From assembly GCA_040285825.1 (NCBI GenBank), contig JAUPSS010000003.1:1364001-1428000 (forward strand): a stretch of 64,000 nt of DNA, in the 5' to 3' direction. Within the stretch, counting starts at the first letter, position 1. Each line of letters opens with the position of its first letter. Below the pieces are notes generated by a model. That model did not search any database and had not been told where the DNA came from. It worked only from the letters and a program-made list of their open reading frames with translations. The translations under genes were made by a program, and so were the position numbers. This stretch comes from Eukaryota sp. TZLM1-RC. Lineage: Eukaryota > Protista > Metamonada: BaSk clade. This document shows positions 55,341 to 64,000 of the stretch, in pieces.

Positions 55341-56626
55341 GAGTGGCGTCAAGCAAGGAGATTCATTGGTACCTCTTTTCTTCTGCCTGGAAATTCATTC
55401 AATTTTATTACAAATTCAAGCAATGTTTCCCTCATTAAAAATGATTGCTCACATGGATGGTGTGGTTTCAATAGGCGACTTAACGATAATGAAAAAAGCA
55501 ACTTTATGTTTTAACGAATCATTTAACAAAATTGGTCTTCAACTGAACTTATTTAAATGTGTTTTACTTTCAAGTTCTCCAATTTCAACATTAGTTGACG
55601 GAACTGAAATTCAACCCAAGTTATATTCATCTGATGCAATTGGTGATCTCAGTTCGTTCTTAGGCATTAATGATGAAATCTTCAAACAACTATTTGAAAA
55701 ATTGAATATGATTTCTGGAGAAATTGACCAAATGATGAAATTCGATATACAGAAACATATCATATTTAGCATAATAAGACTCTGTTCTAATTCAAATTTC
55801 AATCATATATTTCAATCTATTAATCTTCTTATCTCTAGACCGGTGGCCCAAATGTTCAATGAATTTTGTGCTAAAGTTTTGTCTCAACTGATAGTGTGTA
55901 AATTGTCCCAAATTCCCACTTATGCACATCTAGGTCCACATTATGGCGGTTCAGGTTGGACTAAGGCCTCAATTCTCACTTCATGTGTTTTTTTTGGTGG
56001 ATAGAGAAATGCAACATTTGAGTTTTCTGAAAGATTTGCAGATTGGAAAGACTTTTTGGTGACAATGCAAAGTTCTACTGTTTTTGCATTAAATGAAGAT
56101 ATTTTATAAATTGATACTGAAAAATGGAATCAATGATTTCCTCAATCATTCAATGACAATATTCCTGAACAAATTCATTTGAATTTAAAATACACACTTC
56201 AAACATTACAAAAACGAATGACGAAAATGTATGAAGATGCTTCTTTAAAACATTTATGCAGCTCTGCTGTTTTAGTTCAAGATCTTCTTTCATTACTATA
56301 AGAAAAAGGTCTGTGCGATAATAAGTCATCAGGTTCATCACTATTTGTCACCATTGTGCCACGAAAGTTTGGGCAATGTGCCTATAATGAAGCTTTTGTA
56401 ACAAAAGAGAAATTATATTTGAATATTCCCATTAATCAATTATTACAAAAACAAGTGTTTGTTCTACTTCATCACAGCTCACTTTACGTCAAGTTCACAA
56501 TTGTCCCAAATTGATAATGTATCGTTCTTCATTACATGATGCTTTTAGAGACACTGTTTTTAATATGGCACGAACTGCAAGAATTTCGTGTATCAAAGAG
56601 CCTCTGCTGAAGGAAACACTGTCATT
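55341..56626 (+). mobile_element. CRE-like family B internal fragment (RT core to Zn knuckle)
   Basis: SGVKQGDSLVPLFF (GV.QGDPL.P) and AHMDG (decayed AY.DD) RT motifs, GLQLNLFKC, YGGSGW; 56500-56626 matches 7950-8080. Confidence 0.85.
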
Positions 56627-57142
56627 CCGGTTTCAATAATTGCTGCAATGATAAAATAAACTTTTTCAAACTAATTCAATGACAGTGCTTCTTAAAGCAA
56701 ATCCTCTTTGACGCGTATTTCTTGCCTAATTTTCTTATCCTATGAAAAACTGTGTCTCCAACATCATTATGTATAAAAGTAGGAATAATTCATAAAAAAT
56801 GATTAAGACCATGGTGAGTTTTGGAGACCAAATAAGTAACAATTAAAGACCAACAAATATTGGTTTCTTTGAATAGTAATTCGATAATCGGAATATTCGA
56901 TTTTAGTTTCACAATTATAGGGAAAGCATAATCAGTGCCGCATAATCCAAGACATGGAAGTGGAATGGATACAACAAGTAATAATGAATCAGCTCAATAA
57001 TAGATATAGATTTTTGTAAAAACAGAGAGTGAAGTCTTCATCTAAAGCAACCAAAGTAAATGTTTCACAGCGCTGGATTTGTATTTATCGAAATCATATA
57101 TTGCATTTAATTAAAACTGTTTTAAAATAATGTTAAACCTAG

Positions 57143-57664
57143 TCAACCTAGAGAATATTTATTTCGTTGTAAAACATCAGCTATGTCAGTTCTACAAATA
57201 GGACATCGAGATGAAAACGAAAGAGCCTTCGAAATACACTTAAAGTGAAAAACATGACCAAAATCACATGGGAGGATTAAAAGCTTTTGCTTCGCGTTGA
57301 AATGATCTAAACAGATACAACAAGCTTCACCATTGGCATCACTTGCCAGAAAGGTTGGAAGAGTAGAAATTTCTTTTGGTGTTAATGTAGTCTGCGTCGT
57401 ATCAAGACTACGTAAGATTTCATAATCATTTGGACTAATTTCTCTCATTCCTAGGTACATGTGCACATGGAGAGGCAAAGCATCACTAGAAAACCCACTA
57501 GAAGATCTACACTTACATGACAAATAGAGTACTGCTACTAAAAGACAAAACACAATGTTAAATAATAAAAACAGGTGAATGGGATTCACATTAACTCTTG
57601 TTATCTCTTGTGCTATGGTAAGCACAACAGAAGTTAAACTGGTAAGAACGAAAGCACAGGACAT
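57143..57664 (-). CDS. transmembrane RING-H2 E3 ubiquitin ligase
   Basis: Signal plus TM; DYEILRSLD; CCICLDHF......ILPCDFGHVFHFKCI.......RCPICR. Confidence 0.88.
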   Translation of the reverse strand: MSCAFVLTSLTSVVLTIAQEITRVNVNPIHLFLLFNIVFCLLVAVLYLSCKCRSSSGFSSDALPLHVHMYLGMREISPNDYEILRSLDTTQTTLTPKEISTLPTFLASDANGEACCICLDHFNAKQKLLILPCDFGHVFHFKCISKALSFSSRCPICRTDIADVLQRNKYSLG

Positions 57665-57869
57665 TGAACACCATAGTGTTCAGGGTCGTAGGTAACGATT
57701 AGAAGGTATCTGAACAGACATCTTTTTTGATTGGTAAGTAATGATGTCCCCAATCGAAATATATAGATCTAAAGTTTGAAAGATCTTGAATCTAAGATTG
57801 AAAGAAATACGAAAACTTAGTGTAGACTTGGCCAGGGTCAGTGCAAAAATATTCATGTTGAAGCAAATG

Positions 57870-57965
57870 ACGAGCCTAGAATAAAAGACAATGAAATTGA
57901 AGAAGCTAATGTGGATAGAAACAAGCAACTTGCATTTATTGCTTTCCCATTTTCTATAAACTATC
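57870..57965 (+). mobile_element. tiny CRE-like family B remnant
   Basis: NEIEEANVDRNKQLAFIAFPFSIN matches 25280-25350. Confidence 0.65.
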
Positions 57966-58199
57966 TGAGCAAAACAACACAAAAGATAATAGATAACTTT
58001 CTATAGGGCTCTCGACTACGACCTACCATCATCAATGGGCTTTCATTATTTGTTTATCATATATAGCACACTAAAAAAGCTATAGCAAGGAGGAAAGTAA
58101 ATCAAGTACGGAAACTTTTATTTCAACAAATTGTGTCTTATATTTTGAACAATAAATAATAATTAAACAACAAAAAGAAATATCAAATAGAAAATAAAA

Positions 58200-58680
58200 T
58201 ATTCACTATTTTGTAAAAATCGAAAACTCCAGAAAATTCAAGTATCCATTATTGAAAATTGTTGCCGAAAAATTTCAAGGAATGTCAGAGTAGCCTTACT
58301 CCAATAATTGAACAAAATAAAATCAAAGGTACATAGATTTAATTAAGCATTAGAGTTTTCTGATTCGGTGTATCAAACAAATCTGTATTTTTCCCCAGCA
58401 AGAAGGACAATATTGACATGACACATCTAATATTCATTAAAATTGTTACCAGGGTCAGACACATAGAAGCTCTAGTGTAGCACGTACTGGCAATAATGGG
58501 GTCATCAAGAATTAATCTTGATGGCAAAGGTGCTAAAAAATATCCAATCGATAAGAATTATACATAAATTTTGGTCCCTGCCTAATAACTTTGCACCTAA
58601 ATGTCATAAAATGTTTACAATTCAAAAGATGAGTAAAGACGAGAATTTTGAGAATTATTTACATGTAAATGAGTAGGCAA
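58200..58680 (-). mobile_element. heavily decayed CRE-like family A fragment
   Basis: SRLILDDPIIASTCYTRASMCLT and reverse-complement similarity to 3400-3640 and 3830-3980. Confidence 0.7.
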
Positions 58681-58931
58681 ATAAAATAAGGATAAAAAAC
58701 GAAAGGTGTTAAACAATCTAAGACACATTCAAATTATGGAAATCTGAGGAATGTGTTTGCAAACTAAGCCATTGTGAAGAGTAGCAACAATTGCTCCATA
58801 TTCACTCAAATTTTAACATACAGTATTTGACTATTGCCTCCTAAGCAACCCAATTCTTTGTTCAGAATAAACTATTTATTGTTCATAAAACTATAAACAC
58901 TCCTATCAACAAGACAAAAAACCCGCAAACC

Positions 58932-61900
58932 TTACCTCCTTTTCATCTTTCCTGGACTCTGTTCTATTGCTCTCTGAACCCCACTTTGAACGAAAGGACT
59001 ATCATTGCTGGTCTGTCCAGGGGAAACTGCTGTGGGAGAATCATAATCTTCATCTGTAAGTTCTGAATCAGTCAGTCCTTCTCCCACTGAAACAGACACT
59101 TCTGAAGAATGAACATCATCAGAAGATTCATATAGTTTGGTGACATTTTGCTCTTCATCCACATCAAACTCACTACAATTCCAAACCCTGTGCCAATCTC
59201 TGTTTCTTTTGACCAAAGAACGAAGAACTGGATGGTATGGGGGTAACCGTGAGGGATCATCGACTAAACGATCAAAGTTCTTGCTTCTAGGAACATATTC
59301 AAAAAGATTATAAAACAACGCAACAACTCTAAATGCTAAGAGCAACAATCTGTATAAAGGGAAAATAATGATAACTAACAATGGAGCACGAAGATCACGT
59401 CGACGGCGCAGAGTCCAGAAGTTGAAGATGAAAAACAAGCAATATTGAATTAGTACAACTCTAGCTGCAATAACTATAAGACTTGGAACATCATTGAGAT
59501 AAACAAAGTATATCATAACCAGAATTCGAAGATAGTCTTGAATGATTGTCAGAATTTCATGTAAATAGTAGAATTTCAAAACAATAGTTTTCTTACTCCA
59601 ATAAAACAACAAATGTTGAAGATACTTGAACAAGAAGCGATGGGCAGTAACGTCCCAAGACTTGATCCTCTGAGCCAATAAGGACTTTTCATCAATAGAA
59701 ACATCATTGAAGAGGTCTTCGCCTGGATGACAAAGGTCTTCAGGCACTGAGGTGAGCACGGGGGTGTTACCATAAGCTAACAACATTTGCATATCACCCT
59801 TTTCCTTTGTCATTTCTCTTAAAATTAACCCCATTTGGGCATCTTCTCCATTAAACACTGTGTTATGCCGTTCCATGACCTCAACCATAACATCGCGTTT
59901 CCATATTGACACAGCCCCATGAGGATAATTTGCGGTAGACCAGGAAGACTGGAAGAGCTTGGAGAAACCAGCAAGAAGATACTCAACATCTTGCATCCAA
60001 ACGAGAAGCGAACGTCTTCTAAATCCTTTGCTGTCTTTATTAGGTGCTGTTCTGATAATTGGAACAGCCCCCGCTACAGACTTGTTGCTAAGTTTGTTGA
60101 TCTGGAAAGACATATCAGGACTAGGGTTAAAGAAAATTAGAAAGAGACATACGGTAGAATGATATCATCATCCATAATAACCACTGTATCAATATTGGGA
60201 GGGAGCCAGTACTTTGCCGTCCAAAGGAGAGCTAGTGTTTTATTACCTACAGGGACATAGACATAGGAAATCTTTCTTCCCCATTGAGCCACTTTGGAGA
60301 CAACATCAATAGTACGGTCTCCAGCAGCAGGAGCGGCTCCTCTAGAATTGTGACAAACAAAGACTTGACCATCTGGAACTAGCATTGAGGCCATCTTGAG
60401 AGTTTTTTCAAAACCTTGTTCCTTTTCCTGCTGAATTCTTGTCAAGTTCTCTCTTGTCAGATTGGCAGTCCCCATGATGTTATTCTGAGCTTTGGAAGCT
60501 ACAGCATCGGGATGTTGACCAGCAGATGCATGAGAAGCTATCAGTATAGCCACATTACGATGGTTCCTTGGAAGAGTTCGTACAGATGGCCATGACTGAG
60601 TGAACAGAGCAGCACCCAGCAAGCAATATTCAAGACCCAAAATGATGGCAGAGAGTGTGAAGGAATCCAGCCTGTGGAACCATTTATTAGCTAGAATATA
60701 ATCCTTGAAAAACCACACCATTGCAATGACAGCAGCAAAAGCAAGGCCAATCAGGAAAGTCGTTTCAGCCTTGGATCGCTTTGTCTTTTGGGAAAACTTT
60801 GAGGATTCATCAAAAGAACGGAGCATGGCGACCCATTCTGCTTCTGAATCCTGCATGGATTTGTTCAGCTTCTTCTTCATTAAATCCTCATTGACTTCCT
60901 CATCAGAAGCAAAGTTCTCTTCTGGATTCCTATGAATTGTTTCCATCATTTCTTTAAGCTTTTCTGTATCTCGGTGTTTCTTGTCAAAACGTTCAGGGGG
61001 GTCAAACAATTCTTCTTCAAGAGTTCCCTTGGCTACCTTTCCTTTAGCATAGATAGATGGATCCTTCACATACTTGGCTACCTTACGTTTGTCCACTGCT
61101 TCCCAAACCAGAGCAGCAGATAAGCAAAGAATGAACATGGCAAGTAAAAATGAATCAATAACTGTCCAATGGATTTCTCTGACATCAAACGCTAAATAGT
61201 TGATGTCAATGTACTTTAATGAAGTGTAGGATTCAATCTTGATAACCAATTCCATATCAGTAAAAGTGGTTTCTTCGACAAAACAGCTGACTCTGAGGGG
61301 TGACTCACCGGTGTCAAATCCAGAAACTGAGAGAAAGATCCATGGAATTCGTAGAAAATCTCTTGAGAAAGGAACGGTTACCTTGTGGGTTTTGAACATA
61401 TCAGAGGGCAAATCCAGCTGCCAGTGAGGGGTTTCATCTATTCCAAGGGTCAAAAGTTCTGTTTCATAGTGGATATTATCAATGTTATCCATGGCAAAGT
61501 TGAGGGACGAAAGTCGGAGACTATCGAGTCGCCCATCATCCCAAGTTGAAATAGTAGATTGGAAGCCTCCAGGACTGACTTCCCATGGCCAAAAAGCGAG
61601 AATGTTGGACCTTGATTCACCAAAGTCAACACCAGAAAGTGAGAGAAGTGTAGTCGGTTGAGCATCTAGGGGATCGAAGCGATGTTCTAAGGAATAAGAG
61701 CGTTCACCAACATCTTGAGCGTTTAAATTCCAATTAGGAGAGTAGGAAGAACCAGTACCAAAAAGAGGACTACGGAAGCCCTTGACAATGTTGTTTGATG
61801 AGCATTGAAGTTCAACAGCAAGCCAGTTGATCCTAACAAAACGAATGACTGAGTCATCCCAAGTGGTAACACGAAGGGCAAATTGATAAGGTCCTACATC

Positions 61901-62215
61901 AACTACCTCAACATCGATGCGAGGAGGGTTGACAGGGGAGTCGATTCCAACAATTGAAACTGTGATTTCTGGAGGTTCATAAAACCTATGATCCAATTCT
62001 ATTATTTCAGTATACGAGCGCATTCCTGTTCCCCAGTTGAGGACAAAGTTAGGTAATTGCTCACCAATGACTAACTCACCATTCTGCATCTCCACATAGG
62101 GTACACAAACAAAGCGGTTAATAAAGTCAGACACCGCCGGAGGGGGTGTGATAAAAACGAAGAGCATGACAAGAACAACGATGACCGCATACACCAATGA
62201 TGAGAATCTACCCAT
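58932..62215 (-). CDS. triple H-type lectin fused to a processive GT2 glycosyltransferase; 2 exons (62215-60153, 60120-58932), 1083 aa
   Basis: N-terminal signal/anchor; three H-lectin repeats (F...P.......G.D......R.......TWDD......W.A); TMs; GT2 motifs GNKTLAL, VVIMDDD, QDVEY, HGAVSIWK, GEDAQMG, QRIKSW; C-terminal TMs. Confidence 0.88.
60121..60152 (-). other. 32-nt spliceosomal intron in the GT2 gene
   Basis: GTATGTCTCTTTCTAATTTTCTTTAACCCTAG; joins DDDIILP|PDMSF in frame. Confidence 0.92.
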
Positions 62216-62989
62216 AAGAGAATCTTACAATTAATGCAACCAACCGTGGAATCTCAGCGACAGAAGGGTTTCAAGAGGATTTCTCATCATCTACAGCAAC
62301 TTCACTATTGTCTACAGTACAGATTTCCAATTTTTATTAGTTTGAAAACCAGGATTAAAAGGTCTCTAAAATATAATGTTGTTCCTTATTAATTAATTAA
62401 TCCAATGCTGTGCTATGACCAGTTTCTTTTATCTGGATTTTTACTTCATTGGTGGATTCAACATCAACAGAATTTCATTCATGCAAACTGCACGGTCCAC
62501 TATCCATTGGAGGTCAATAGCGAGATGTCATACAAAGTTGGTATTAACAATGAGGAATTTGATTGTTCCTTTGAATTGTAGTAAAAATCAAGTGCTGTCC
62601 TCACTGTTTGTGTAATATGTGAATTTGCGAGGAAAAAGTTAATAAAATTTACCATTTCGTACATTATTTTCCAAAGCATTTGCTGGGCCTTGTTTGCCTA
62701 AAAATCTGAAACGATCTATTTCTTAAATACAATTGATAGTTGTGGATTTTGACCGACCTCAGAGACAATTTTAGCAGTTAATACTGAAATGAGGTATGTT
62801 CAAGACATTGAAAGAGTGATTAATCTATATTTTGAGAAAATGGAAGTTGAAGAAGAGATGACCCAAAAGTAAAAGTCTTTTTTTTCGTTGGAGGTTACGT
62901 CAAATCAAAAATCTATTTCTTCAGATAAATCGTGACAATCTTCCCTCTACTAATGATCAAGTTGATGATTTCATAAAACTTTCTGATGA

Positions 62990-63900
62990 TGAGATCTTGA
63001 ACGAAGATAATGAAAAAAGTTTGAATCAATCAGCAAAATCTGTTGCTCTATACAGTACTCATCCCAAAATTTGTAGGTTATCAAAAGATGAAAACTGGAT
63101 GGATTCAATTATTCCTAGCTCTATTGTAGTAAAAAATTCAAAAAATGAGGAGAATGCTATTGAAGTTAAATTATTACTTTACACTGTGCAAAAACATCCC
63201 CAATATTTTATCAGATCAGATAAGAAATTTAATAGTTTTAAAAATAGAAGACACAGACGGGACAACATTTGATGCCTTTTCCAATTGTTCGAAATAAATT
63301 TTCTGTATTTTTCTGATGTTGATAGCCAGGGACTATGGGGTAGTTTGCGTTCTTTGTTACAGATTAAGATATTACTGACAAAAGAATAATTCTGAGTGGA
63401 ATTCAAGGACTGACCTTAATCGTAAGTATCCAGAACACAATTTATTTTGGACATATTTTTTTTCGAATTTAATAGACCATTTACCGAAAAAGGCTACAAA
63501 TTGAACAACATCTTGAAAACTGATGGTTTTGCAGCCTGTATTGAGCTAGCAAGAGAGGATTGTATTGGCATGTCCTTCAAGCGTGATAGTGCAAAGTTTG
63601 CAATCACTGAAAACTATTTGGATGATTTGGATGTTGAATTTCTATCATCAAAACACAAAGTACATATTGACCCTGGTAAAAGCGATTTACATTAATTTTG
63701 TAGTCAAAAAAGATTCACACTTAATGCAAAAGTCCAATTAAAAAGAGATAAACAAAATGACTCGCTGAGATTAACAGAATTGGAGTGGTCAAAGGTGTCG
63801 AGAGTTCACCAAAAATTCAGAAAATTGAAAAAGAAAGAGTTTATTTTACAAAATGGAATCACAGCCCAACAAACAGAAGCTACAACCAAAAGAATCATCA
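62990..63900 (+). pseudogene. decayed Fanzor1 (REC/WED to RuvC-I), a further subfamily
   Basis: GYKLNNILKTDGFAACIEL...YLDDLD......KVHIDPGKSDL; flanking K-rich broken frames. Confidence 0.75.
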
Positions 63901-64000
63901 AAATCTTTTGTTTAAAATAATTTCTATTCTTCTGTTGCTTCCAAGCTGACAAACATGACATTTACATTTGATTACTGCTGTTTAATGATATCACGCATTC

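Noticed and set aside
963-61665. Many short antisense or alternate-frame ORFs in the ORF track, and upstream TTG/GTG start extensions
   Set aside because: They are shadows of real genes or TE remnants; the first in-frame ATG consistent with homology was used instead.
1-64000. tRNA, rRNA, snoRNA genes and CRISPR arrays
   Set aside because: No cloverleaf, rRNA-like tract, convincing C/D box pair or regularly spaced repeat-spacer array seen by eye; tRNAscan-SE/Infernal would be needed to exclude them.

Overview
AT-rich, gene-dense eukaryotic (protist-type) nuclear DNA using the standard genetic code. It carries about 20 host genes: Rpn14/PAAF1-like WD40, a coiled-coil protein, SYF1, ARL8, an EGF-containing surface protein, a UBE3A-like HECT ligase, a GT-A glycosyltransferase, RRP8, a TPR protein, CC2D1/Lgd-like, TrpRS, LRR-SH3, RRP15, LSM7, RRP12, GPN3, Tho1-like, RING-H2, and a triple H-type-lectin/GT2 polysaccharide synthase fusion. 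I found only four introns; all are tiny (28-32 nt), GT-AG, and share a branch motif fused to the 3' splice site (YTMAYCHYAG). Convergent gene pairs are 6-102 bp apart, while spacers upstream of gene starts are packed with decayed mobile DNA: at least 13 fragments from two families of CRE-like RLE non-LTR retrotransposons (two with target-site duplications), one decayed Ty3/Gypsy element, and about 8 remnants of Fanzor (eukaryotic TnpB-like) nucleases from several subfamilies. Two Fanzor remnants share a structured 3' tail that is a candidate omega-RNA. The most notable candidate novelties are the lectin-fused GT2 synthase, the dense multi-family Fanzor population with its candidate omega-RNAs, and the fixed-geometry mini-introns. 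A metamonad-like lineage is inferred from genome style only. All family calls come from motif recognition by eye, and mobile-element boundaries are approximate unless a TSD is given.
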